Shown in pieces: positions 27,798-37,400 of a stretch of 38,503 nt of DNA; position 1 is the first letter of the stretch, and every line of letters starts with the position of its first letter. The stretch spans positions 68,353-106,855 of the forward strand of contig JAYNIM010000005.1 of assembly GCA_038109055.1 (NCBI GenBank), in the 5' to 3' direction. The notes below the pieces were generated by a model. That model was not told the origin of the DNA. It ran no database searches and saw only the letters and a list, made by a program, of their open reading frames with translations. Both the position numbers and the translations under genes were made by a program. The DNA is from a bacterium (lineage in GTDB: Bacteria > Margulisbacteria > Marinamargulisbacteria > GCA-2716485 > JAYNIM01).

Positions 27798-28355
27798 ATG
27801 AAACATTTGGCGTTGGTTGGAAAGAACGGTTCGGGTAAGTCGAGTGTTTGTCAGTACTTGGTTCGGTCACATGGCTACCGTGATTACTCACTGTCTGATG
27901 TATTACGTGTCAAACTTCAGGCTGAAGGACTCCCCTTGACCAGAGAGCACCTTACTGTTTTTTCAAACTCTCTTAAAGAAAAGGAGGGCCCTGCTTGTTT
28001 AGCCCTACATTGCTACGATTTGGCCGTATCAGATGGCCACACACGTTTTGTTTTTGATAGTATTCGACATCCAGAGGAAGTCCGCTATTTAAAGAGTAAA
28101 GGCGTATTTTTTATTGCTATTAGAGTTGATCTTAAGCAGCGCTATGAGCGTATTAAAAAACGAAAGCGCGATAGTGATTTTGTAGACTTTTCTACGTTTA
28201 AGGATCAAGATGATCTAGAAAGTTCTGGCGCTAGTTCTGGACAACATTTGGATGCCTGCTTGGATGCCTGTGATTTCTCCTTGGATAACTCAATGGACCT
28301 TTTACATTTAGAGACTCAAATTGATACCTTACTACATTCGGACATACGCCAATGA
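27798..28355 (+). CDS. P-loop nucleotide kinase-fold protein (dephospho-CoA-kinase-like)
   Basis: GKNGSGKS, SLSD, DSIRHPEE, RYERI..R.R; ATG 27798 preferred over TTG 27792. Confidence 0.7.
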   Translation: MKHLALVGKNGSGKSSVCQYLVRSHGYRDYSLSDVLRVKLQAEGLPLTREHLTVFSNSLKEKEGPACLALHCYDLAVSDGHTRFVFDSIRHPEEVRYLKSKGVFFIAIRVDLKQRYERIKKRKRDSDFVDFSTFKDQDDLESSGASSGQHLDACLDACDFSLDNSMDLLHLETQIDTLLHSDIRQ

Positions 28356-29608
28356 CCCCACACTCTCTTAAAATTGAAGGTGGTACACCCTTGAAAGGGA
28401 CTGTGGCTGCCTCTGGTTCTAAAAATTCTGTTTTACCTATCTTAGCTGCAAGTATCATGTTAAAAGGCTGTAGTACCTTAACGAATGTTCCGGACCTTTT
28501 AGATGTTCAAAGCATGCTCAAAATGTTAAATGCCCTCAATGTTAATGCGTCATTTTACAATAATGTTGTCACCATCAACCATCACGTCCAACCCAAACAT
28601 CTTGCTCCCTATGACTTAGTTACCGGGATGCGGGCCTCTTTTTTGGTTGCAGGCCCTATTTTAGCTATTAATGGCTTTGCTAAAATTCCTCTTCCTGGTG
28701 GGTGTTCAATTGGTGCTCGTCCGGTTGATATTCATCTTAAAGGATTCAAAGCGTTGGGCGCCACGGTTGAAATTGAGCATGGCTTTGTTCAACTTCAATG
28801 TAAAAACTTGCGTGGCACAACCATTGATCTAGATTTTCCATCTGTTGGTGCAACTGAAAACCTGATGATGGCAGCTGCTATTTCTGAAGGTAAAACAGTC
28901 TTGAACAATGTCGCTCGAGAACCTGAGATTTCTGATTTGGCTTCTTTTTTAAATCAAGCTGGTGCCCAAATTAAAGGGGCTGGAAGCCCTATTATTACGA
29001 TTGAAGGAGTGCGATCCTTAAAGGCTGTTGATCGCTATCCTGTGATTCCAGATCGTATTGAGTTGGCAACCTTATTGATGGCAGCTGCTATTACCCAAGG
29101 TGATATTTCTGTGTCTGGGTGTAATGCTACGCATCTGACGGCTGTTCTTTCTGCCTTGGAACAAGTCGGAATGTCGATTGAATCTAAGGCTGACTGCCTG
29201 CGTTTATATTGTAGCCATAGTCCTAAAGCGATTAGTTTAGAAACGGAACCTTTCCCTGGTTTTGCCACGGATACCCAAGCCCAAATGATGGCCTTACTTT
29301 GTGTTGCAGATGGTCGCAGCACAGTTCGAGAATCTATTTTTGAGAACCGCTTTATGCATGTCTCAGAGCTGCTGCGCATGGGGGCTGATATACAAATCAA
29401 TGATCATACCGCTACTATCAATGGGAAAGCGTCCTTAAGTGGTGCAGATGTTAGTATGACAGATCTGCGTGCAGGTGCTGCGCTTGTACTAGCTGCCTTG
29501 GTTGCTAAAGGATATACGACGATTCATGGACTTGATCATTTGCGCCGTGGCTATGACAACTTGCCTCATAAATTGCTACAATTGGGAGCTAAGGTGATTA
29601 CCCATTAA
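28352..29608 (+). CDS. murA: UDP-N-acetylglucosamine 1-carboxyvinyltransferase
   Basis: SGSKNS, MRAS, LPGGCSIGARP (active-site Cys kept), SVGATEN, PDRIE, FENRF, TDLRAGA. Confidence 0.97.
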   Translation: MTPHSLKIEGGTPLKGTVAASGSKNSVLPILAASIMLKGCSTLTNVPDLLDVQSMLKMLNALNVNASFYNNVVTINHHVQPKHLAPYDLVTGMRASFLVAGPILAINGFAKIPLPGGCSIGARPVDIHLKGFKALGATVEIEHGFVQLQCKNLRGTTIDLDFPSVGATENLMMAAAISEGKTVLNNVAREPEISDLASFLNQAGAQIKGAGSPIITIEGVRSLKAVDRYPVIPDRIELATLLMAAAITQGDISVSGCNATHLTAVLSALEQVGMSIESKADCLRLYCSHSPKAISLETEPFPGFATDTQAQMMALLCVADGRSTVRESIFENRFMHVSELLRMGADIQINDHTATINGKASLSGADVSMTDLRAGAALVLAALVAKGYTTIHGLDHLRRGYDNLPHKLLQLGAKVITH

Positions 29609-29635
29609 TCCTTTATCTCTATTTAGGAGTTTTTT

Positions 29636-30499
29636 ATGAAACATACGATTCATTTTTATAAAATGCAGGGTCTTGGAAATGACTTTGTGGTTATTGATGG
29701 CATTAATCAACGTCTTAATGATCTGAATCCCAGTGACTTGGCTCTGCGTCTTTGTCATCGCCGCTATGGAATTGGTGCTGACGGGCTTATTTTGTGCTTG
29801 CCTTCGGCTGAATATGATGTAAGCATGCATTTTTATAATGCAGATGGGTCTCAGGCAGAGCTTTGTGGGAATGGTATTCGTTGTTTGGCCGCCTTTGCTT
29901 ATACACAAGGATTGGTTGAGAAAGAAGTGTTTTCTGTTGAGACCCCTGTTGGTGTTAAACTTCCAGCATTGATTTTAGAAAATGGCCGCATTAAGGCCAT
30001 CGAAGTTGATATGGGAGTCCCTCAGTATCAAGCTGACGATGTTCCTTGTAATCTTCGCACTGACGATGGTCGGGTCATTGACTCTCCTATCTCTGTTTTA
30101 GGCCAGGATTATGTGATGACAGCGATTGGAATGGGAAACCCACATGCGGTGTTTTTTGTTGATAATATACATGACGTTTCTATTGAACGTTTTGGTCCTG
30201 CGGTGGGTGATTTAGGCCTTTTCCCTAAAGGGGTAAATGTTGAAGTTGCACAGGTTATTGATTCACAGAATGTGGCTGTTCAGGTTTGGGAACGGGGTGT
30301 TGGGGTCAGTCAAGCATGTGGGACTGGCGCCTGTGCGGTTGTTGTTGCGGGTGTTCTTACGAATCGCCTTAACCCTCAAAGTTCTGTTCAATTACCCGGT
30401 GGTATTCTCTCTATTGATTGGCAGGGAGAAGGGCAAAAAATACTAATGACAGGCCCAGCACAGCAAGTCTTTAGTGGAGATATCCAACTTGCTCTGTGA
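29636..30499 (+). CDS. dapF: Diaminopimelate epimerase
   Basis: KMQGLGNDF, GIGADG, CGNGIRC, MGNPH, WERGVG..ACGTGA; AGGAG upstream. Confidence 0.97.
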   Translation: MKHTIHFYKMQGLGNDFVVIDGINQRLNDLNPSDLALRLCHRRYGIGADGLILCLPSAEYDVSMHFYNADGSQAELCGNGIRCLAAFAYTQGLVEKEVFSVETPVGVKLPALILENGRIKAIEVDMGVPQYQADDVPCNLRTDDGRVIDSPISVLGQDYVMTAIGMGNPHAVFFVDNIHDVSIERFGPAVGDLGLFPKGVNVEVAQVIDSQNVAVQVWERGVGVSQACGTGACAVVVAGVLTNRLNPQSSVQLPGGILSIDWQGEGQKILMTGPAQQVFSGDIQLAL

Positions 30500-32238
30500 A
30501 CACCTCTCCATCTTCTGACCCTCGTCGGATACTTGTGGCCGGCTATTATGGTTTTGGCAATTTTGGTGATCAATGGCTACTCTCTAAAACCTTGGATTTA
30601 ATTGCTCATGTTTGGCCTGGTTCTGAGGTTCAGGTTTTATACCCAAAATTGCGGCAAGATGCTCCTAAACCTCCCTTTGTGACAGTGGATCGTTTTAATT
30701 TTTGGTCCTGCTTAGGTGCTATCAGACAGGTTGATTGCCTTGTTTTTGGTGGAGGATCACTTTTTCAGAGTCGCTCGTCTTTTCGCTCCCTTTTGTACTA
30801 CTTGGCACTGGTTTTTCTGGCTCGCGTTTTTTGTAAACCCTGTCTTTTATTGGCACAAGGATTTGGTCCATTATCCCGCTGGCAGTGTTGGCTCTGTCGT
30901 TGTGTCTTATCTCAAGCACGATTTTCCTATCGTGATCAGGCGAGTAAAGACTTAGTCGGTCGCGAGGGTGATGTTCTCTGTGATCTTACCCTTTGGAAAC
31001 AGCCCTCAAAAACACTTTCCAACGATAGTTCTGCCATAGGATTGCTTATCCAAAGACATGATGTCTTAGAGACACAGTATTCGTTTTGGATAGAGGCCCT
31101 AGTGCCTCTTTATACTCAGGTTTATCTTGTTGCTAGCTGTCCCCGTGATCAGATTTTACGTGATACGCTCCTAAAAAAATATCCCCATTTACAGTCGTTT
31201 TATTTGGATGACCCCCAAAAAGCCCCCCCTTTTCGCTGTCTGATTTCGAGTCGTTACCATGCCTGTCTTTGGGCCGCTATCCATGGGGCGTCTGTATTGG
31301 GCATTGATATTGATCCAAAACTTAGGCATTTGAGTGATGATCTTGGGTTTTCTTGTGTCTCTCCTGATACATCTGCTTCTCAACTTCTTGCCTGTCTTTC
31401 CCCATCATTTCACCGTTTTCTGTCATTAAAAGACTCCTTAAAAAAAAGTCGGGACTGGCCTCAGGTCCTGCAGAACAGGTGTTTGCCTCGTGACGTTGAC
31501 TTTGCAGGCTTTCGCTTATGCCAACGCTCCTATCCTCAATTGATTCACTGGATGTCGACTGCACTTGCAGGTTCTCAGGTCACAACAATCTTTAGTCTCA
31601 ATCCTGAAATTTGGGTAAGTCTCTGTAAACATCCAGAGCGTCAATCTTTGTTTGCCTCTGCTGATTGTTTGTTGGCTGATGGGATTGGCTTGGGCATTGC
31701 GCAACGATTTTGGGGCCTAGGGAATATTCAAAAACGTAGTGGCTCTGAATTAATTTTTGCTTGTTTAGAGGCTGCCCGTTTTCCCATATATCTGTTTGGG
31801 GGCAAAGCAGGTGTTGCCTCATTAGCACAGAAAGCCCTCGGAAAACATTATCCTCAGCAGCGTTGTTTGGGGGCCTCCCATGGCTATCTCTCCGAGAACG
31901 AATGGCCCCGTCTTTGTGACCATGTATTATCACTTGAACCCTGTTTACTCCTTTGTGGACTGGGTCATCCCAAACAAGAAGCGTTTCTTGCCTTGTTAAA
32001 AGAACGTGCTAAAGCGAAAGGTAGCCGCTCTGCTGTACTTGCTTTGGCCTGTGGGGGCATGATTGATGTACTTGCTGGTAAAAAGCCATTCGCGCCTGTT
32101 TGGTTACGCCGTTGTGGATTGGAATGGCTGTTTTCTGCTATTATGCAGCCAAAACGTTTCTTAAGGTGGTCGTGGATGTTTACTTTTTTACTTTTGGTAT
32201 TTAAACAACGGCGTCACTTAAAAACCAACCGCTTATGA
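30496..32238 (+). CDS. Fusion: polysaccharide pyruvyltransferase CsaB-like (aa ~10-310) + WecB/TagA/CpsF glycosyltransferase (aa ~335-580)
   Basis: GYYGFGNFGD, GGGSLFQ..S.RSLLYY, AQGFGP, YRD, RYH; then NPE, ADGIG, HGY, GLGHPKQE, GG..DVLAG, GLEWL. Confidence 0.88.
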   Translation: MNTSPSSDPRRILVAGYYGFGNFGDQWLLSKTLDLIAHVWPGSEVQVLYPKLRQDAPKPPFVTVDRFNFWSCLGAIRQVDCLVFGGGSLFQSRSSFRSLLYYLALVFLARVFCKPCLLLAQGFGPLSRWQCWLCRCVLSQARFSYRDQASKDLVGREGDVLCDLTLWKQPSKTLSNDSSAIGLLIQRHDVLETQYSFWIEALVPLYTQVYLVASCPRDQILRDTLLKKYPHLQSFYLDDPQKAPPFRCLISSRYHACLWAAIHGASVLGIDIDPKLRHLSDDLGFSCVSPDTSASQLLACLSPSFHRFLSLKDSLKKSRDWPQVLQNRCLPRDVDFAGFRLCQRSYPQLIHWMSTALAGSQVTTIFSLNPEIWVSLCKHPERQSLFASADCLLADGIGLGIAQRFWGLGNIQKRSGSELIFACLEAARFPIYLFGGKAGVASLAQKALGKHYPQQRCLGASHGYLSENEWPRLCDHVLSLEPCLLLCGLGHPKQEAFLALLKERAKAKGSRSAVLALACGGMIDVLAGKKPFAPVWLRRCGLEWLFSAIMQPKRFLRWSWMFTFLLLVFKQRRHLKTNRL

Positions 32239-32966
32239 CACAGTCTCACGCTCGCTTATCTGTTAATATTAATAAAATTGCTCTTTTGCGGAATTCCCGT
32301 GGCGATAATCGGCCTGATGTATTGGCTGTTGCGCAAGATTGTGTCCGTTTTGGGGCAGAAGGAATTACCGTACACCCTCGCCCTGATCAACGCCATATTA
32401 CCTTTGAAGATGTTCGTATCCTTCGTGAACACCTAGAGGTTGAATTGAATGTTGAGGGCTATCCTAGCCCTGAATTCCTGCGTTTGGTCTTAGATCTTAA
32501 GCCTGCGCAAGTGACGTTGGTTCCGGATGCTCCTGATGCACTTACCTCCGACTGTGGTTGGGATGTCGCTGCGCAACACGCCTTACTTTTGACGATTTTG
32601 AGAGATTTGAAAACAGCAGGGATTCGCTCGTCGTTGTTTATTGATCCGTATTTTTCGGATTTCTCTGCGCTGGCGTCACTGCCCTGTGATCGTGTTGAAC
32701 TGTATACCTATGACTATGCTAAGATGGCGTCGGTGGACGCCAAAGCCGCATTGACTCCTTATATGACCTGTGCAAAAAAAATACATACTTTAGGACTGGG
32801 CCTGAATGCAGGCCATGATCTTAATCAAGATAATCTTTCCGCATTTGCAAACGCATTACCAACATTATTAGAAGTGTCTATTGGCCATGCCTTGATTTGT
32901 GAGGCCTTGTATCAGGGATTAGAGAGCTGCATTAGGACCTACCGACACCTCTTGGCAGGTACTTAA
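32235..32966 (+). CDS. pdxJ: Pyridoxine 5'-phosphate synthase
   Basis: LSVNINKIALLRNSRG, GITVHPRPDQRHI, QVTLVPD, RVELYT, LNAGHDL, EVSIGHALI. Confidence 0.96.
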   Translation: MTQSHARLSVNINKIALLRNSRGDNRPDVLAVAQDCVRFGAEGITVHPRPDQRHITFEDVRILREHLEVELNVEGYPSPEFLRLVLDLKPAQVTLVPDAPDALTSDCGWDVAAQHALLLTILRDLKTAGIRSSLFIDPYFSDFSALASLPCDRVELYTYDYAKMASVDAKAALTPYMTCAKKIHTLGLGLNAGHDLNQDNLSAFANALPTLLEVSIGHALICEALYQGLESCIRTYRHLLAGT

Positions 32967-33020
32967 ATCTCTGCATTTCCTCTTTTCAATTACGTTAATC
33001 TGCGTTTAAATAACAGGGTT

Positions 33021-33767
33021 ATGGCATTCCGTTGGCGCTCTGTCCCTAAGCGTAAGCATTCGTCCCTTTTTCGGTTGAAATGGCTGCTGTTTTTAAGTGT
33101 TACTGTGTTGCTCTTTCTTTATGGCCCCTCTCTTTATGATCGGACTTTGGCTCTCAAAGATCGATTGTTTCCAAGCTTTGATATCCCTGCCGAAGTGGCC
33201 TCAAAATCGTTTTCTAACGATCCTCAACGTTTTTGGCTGGACAATGGTATTTATTTTGTACTGACACTTAAAGAAACCCCCCTTTACTATCAAGCGAATC
33301 CTCGTTTTGTGCAAAAAAAACGTCTCCCTCCTCTGACACGCGTTAAAGTAATCGAGGCTAAAACCCTTTCTCAGATAGCGCCTACTGATGATATCTTTCC
33401 TTGGGTCTTTGTCTGTGATGTCCAAGATCAACCTTTGGGCTGGGTTAATAAGGAAAACCTTGCCTATAAAACGTACTTTGATGTTACAACACCTTGGCAC
33501 TGGGGCAGTTTTTTTCTTGAAAGTAAGGACGAAAAAGCCGACTTTACCATGCATCCCAAAGGCTATTTTCGCATCAAATGGCGGGCAGATAGTCAGGGGA
33601 TCCGTCTTTCTGCTCTACAAAAAGGCCGCTTTTATGAATATGGAAACCTATACTGGGCAAAAGTGTGGGCTCCCTACCCTGCCCACTATTTTTTTTATAT
33701 GAAAAATGATGCGTTTCACCCTGAAGCGGTGAACAAAGGATTTCGTATTCGTTTCACAGATTTTTAG
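33021..33767 (+). CDS. Hypothetical membrane-anchored protein, possible SH3-like domain
   Basis: Basic N-terminus, one TM helix, LY..A....L...TRVKVI...WV.V....LGWV....L pattern. Confidence 0.6.
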   Translation: MAFRWRSVPKRKHSSLFRLKWLLFLSVTVLLFLYGPSLYDRTLALKDRLFPSFDIPAEVASKSFSNDPQRFWLDNGIYFVLTLKETPLYYQANPRFVQKKRLPPLTRVKVIEAKTLSQIAPTDDIFPWVFVCDVQDQPLGWVNKENLAYKTYFDVTTPWHWGSFFLESKDEKADFTMHPKGYFRIKWRADSQGIRLSALQKGRFYEYGNLYWAKVWAPYPAHYFFYMKNDAFHPEAVNKGFRIRFTDF

Positions 33768-33801
33768 TTGATTTAATAGAAGGTGTTGACCGAATTTAGG
33801 C

Positions 33802-34404
33802 CTATTTGTCGCTTTCTTCTAGACTATTTTTCGTGTATTGGTTCATAACAGTTGTCAACGAATGTGTTTGTAACTGTTTGACGATGTCTACAGCTACCTC
33901 GATGAATTTGGGCAGCTGCTTTTTTTCGGCCTGACTAAAAGGGCTGAGGACGAAGTTGGATAAGTCGCTGATGGGGTGATCAGGCCCAATGCCCAAGCGT
34001 AAACGTGGGATCTCCTTTGTGCCGCACTGTGCCACAATGTCTCTGAGACCATTATGAGTACCCGCACTGCCCCTCGCTCGCAAACGCAGGCTTCCAAAAG
34101 GCAAATCAATGTCATCATAAATCACTAAAAGATCTGAGGCCTTTTTTTTATGATACTGTAACCAGCGCTGCAAGACCTGTCCGCTATTATTCATATAGTT
34201 TTGAGGTTGTAGACAGATCAAGGCATGGCCATTCATTTCGCACTGCGTTGTTAGACAATGCTTGTTGCTTTTTTGACTATGGGTGTCACTGTTAGCAATC
34301 AGGGACTCTAACACCATAAAGCCTATATTATGGCGTTGCGCTTTGTGTTCGAGCCCAGGATTCCCTAAGCCGCATATAAGCGCTAGACCTTTTTTTTGTG
34401 ACAT
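33802..34404 (-). CDS. pth: Peptidyl-tRNA hydrolase
   Basis: GLGNPG, RHNIGF, YMNNSG, YDDIDL, GSAGTHNGL, RLRLGIG, FVLSPF. Confidence 0.96.
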   Translation of the reverse strand: MSQKKGLALICGLGNPGLEHKAQRHNIGFMVLESLIANSDTHSQKSNKHCLTTQCEMNGHALICLQPQNYMNNSGQVLQRWLQYHKKKASDLLVIYDDIDLPFGSLRLRARGSAGTHNGLRDIVAQCGTKEIPRLRLGIGPDHPISDLSNFVLSPFSQAEKKQLPKFIEVAVDIVKQLQTHSLTTVMNQYTKNSLEESDK

Positions 34405-34411
34405 GGCTTGT

Positions 34412-34417
34412 ATTATA
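34412..34417 (-). promoter_or_regulatory. Consensus -10 element before pth (probably leaderless)
   Basis: TATAAT ends 7 nt before ATG 34404; no SD. Confidence 0.5.
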
Positions 34418-34456
34418 AACAGGTCTATCCCTTGGTGGAAAGGTCATAGACTACTT

Positions 34457-37400
34457 TCACTGTGACTCATAGAGCGTTCTCATCGTCACTCTTCTATTTG
34501 CCAATTCGTTAAGGCAAACTCCCTCTATTTCTGCTTGCTGTAACAGATAGACTGGTAGTGTTGTTTGTTCGTGTAAATATCTTGTCATCTCTGCACGTAA
34601 ATTAGCCTCACTTCCTATTGCCTGCATTACCATTGTTTGTAAATCACGCATGTTTTTTAGATAATCGCCGACGTCATCTTCTAACATGCTTATCATTAAT
34701 GCTTGAAAAAATTCAAAGGATATCTGTTTCTCCCGAATTGTTAAACATAATTCGTTGTCGTGCCGTATCATCAGGGTTGCCTCTTCAAGGCCTTGGCAGC
34801 CCCCTTTTAGCCATTCAATGAGGTGTGAACCATCCTTTGTAATGCTAGTCTCTTTCTGTCTTAGCTCTTCTAGTTGTCTCTCTAGTGTTGCTTTTTCCTC
34901 TTGTTGAGCTGCTATCTCTTGCTCTCTTTCTTCTTCAGCCTTGACGGTTATGAGGGTTGGATCTTCTGTCTTGGACGTCATTCCTTCAACGACAACCCCT
35001 TCTACTAGTGCTGTTGTTTCACTTGTCTCCTCGTTATCATCATCCTCTATGAACACTGGGTTTGTCACTGTTAATGTTGTAGAGTCTATTTCTTCCATTT
35101 CCTGTTCTAAATTTTGAATTTTCCTTTTTAGCCTCTCATCTATTTCTTTTTGTTTCTCCCTTATTACCTCCTCTAATTGTTCTATTCGTTCTTGTGATGG
35201 CACTCGTGATTCGTGTGTACTTGAGTCTACAACGTCCTCTTCTTGTGTTTCCTTCATCAGGTTTTGTAATGTTTGCCATTCTTTATTTATTGCTTCGCTC
35301 TGCCTCCTTACTGTTTCCTTGCCAGTTTCACTTAATGGTAAGGCGAATACGTTTTCAGGCTTAAATAAATCTACCTGATGCACCGCGTCTGCTACTTTAG
35401 AAGCTGCCATTTTTGCCATGTTTTTAAACTCGTCGTTTTCTAATAAATAGACCTCTAGCTCTTTTTGTTTCTCGATTGAAAGTTTCCATCCAGGCATGGT
35501 TGCTTCTATGAATGTACACATACTCTGACCTGCTTCATATGTTGGAGCACCTGTCATAAAATGATTCCAAAGTATCAGGGATAGTTCATCTTGATACTCG
35601 TATTGTTCTGCTGGTTCTGCGCTTCTTGTTGTTTGAATACACGCACAAATTTCCCCTAAACATTGTCTATTAATGTCTTTCAGTTCAGGACCGTTTTTTG
35701 CCTTTGCATTGGTGGCGGCAAACTCCATTATGGTTCTTAGCTTAGATTTGAATGTCTGAGGTCTCTGTGCATGAGGAAGTAGCTGACAGAGGGAGGCAAT
35801 GTGTTGTAAAGTGATAGCTTCTCCTGTTCTGTCTGAATCTGCAAAATAATTAAAAAATAGCTGTTTTTCAGCGTCTGTATCAATGACACCCACTACCACC
35901 TCCAGTACGCCCTGAACGTCTTGTATTGGTAATTTATGCAAGAATCCACCTAGTATATGTAATTCATCTTTTGTTAATTCGTCTTCTGTTAATTCGTCTT
36001 CTGTTAATTCTTGTCTTAAATTCAACCATATAATTGCTAACTGTGTTGAATCCAACGTCATTTCGTCTAAATGCCCCTTAAAGTAGGTCATATATGCGTC
36101 CATGCTTTCAGGTGTAAGGATAAATTGTGCGCTAAATTCCTTGAAACTTTCAACCACTGTTTCTGGCGTACACGATGTGAGATCGGGTAATAGCGCTAGG
36201 CCTGCCTCTGTTTCCTCTACCTTTAATTTCAGGCTACTATTAGCTTGCCTACTATTATGATTAAAGGTGTCAACGGCTGTCTGACGTTCTGCTTCTGCTT
36301 TCCTCTTCAGTTCTTTGTAACGTTTGTTTAAATCCGCTAACTTTTGCTTTTTACCTTCATTATTTGTCTGACTTGTTGTTTTATCTTCGTTAAGTTCTGC
36401 TTCTAATGCCTTAATCTCTCTCATCAATGTTTTTCCCCGATCAACTGCCTCCGTTCCCTCTCCGTTTTTCTTCGTTATTTCTTTTAAAGATGTCATGGTT
36501 GATAATAGCTGACTCTCATAGTTTTCTTTTAATACCTGCGTCTCATCTTTGATCGCTTGTTTTTCTCTACATATAGCCTCTATTTTTTCTAGCGCCATGA
36601 TCCGTTGGTCTAGATTATCTTTTGCTGACATTCCCGCTGCCCTAGAAAATATTTCTTGATATATTCCAGCTAATTTATCCTCGTCGCCTTCATCATTTAA
36701 TCGTGCTAAAAAGGTATCAACTGGATTTGTTTGACATCCGCCCTGCATATAGTTCGCATACTCTGCGACGAAGATTGTTTTCATTTTTTCCTGGGTTTCT
36801 GCTGTAGGATGTTTGCCTGTGCTGCCTGAAGAGTCTGATAGTTTTTCTACGAGGGTTTTTGCTAGCCTTTCTACGTGAAAACTACTCGTGACATTTTGGG
36901 CTTTTTCCCTAGTCAGTAGGGTGTCGTATACTTTTTTTAATGTGCCAACGTTGGATGTCGGCTGAGTGCTGGTCAAGCTCAGTTGCTGAAATATTTCAGC
37001 TGATGCCTGGTATTGCTCGAATTCTGTTTTTACTTTTTTAAGACATTCTTGAATATCTCCGTGTTCCTCCCCCCTCTCTGTTTCAACCTTCTCTAGCGTA
37101 TTATTGTTCAGGTCGACTGTGATTATGATCTTAATAGGTGTCATCTCTTTAGGATTCCCATATATGTCTGTTGCTTCCAAGCTACTTGTTGGATAGGTCA
37201 GGGTCGTTATTAATGTATGTCCATCAACGGTCACCTGAACGTTTTTTTCTGCTTCCCTAATCATCATTCCAAATTGAAACAATGTAGCGCCTATCTCGTT
37301 ACTTGTCATGATTGTTGCTAATGTCTTTAAGCCATGTTCCTTAAAATAATCCATAATCGTCGCACTGGGAAAGTTTTCTTCGTCTTTATGTTCTTGGAGG

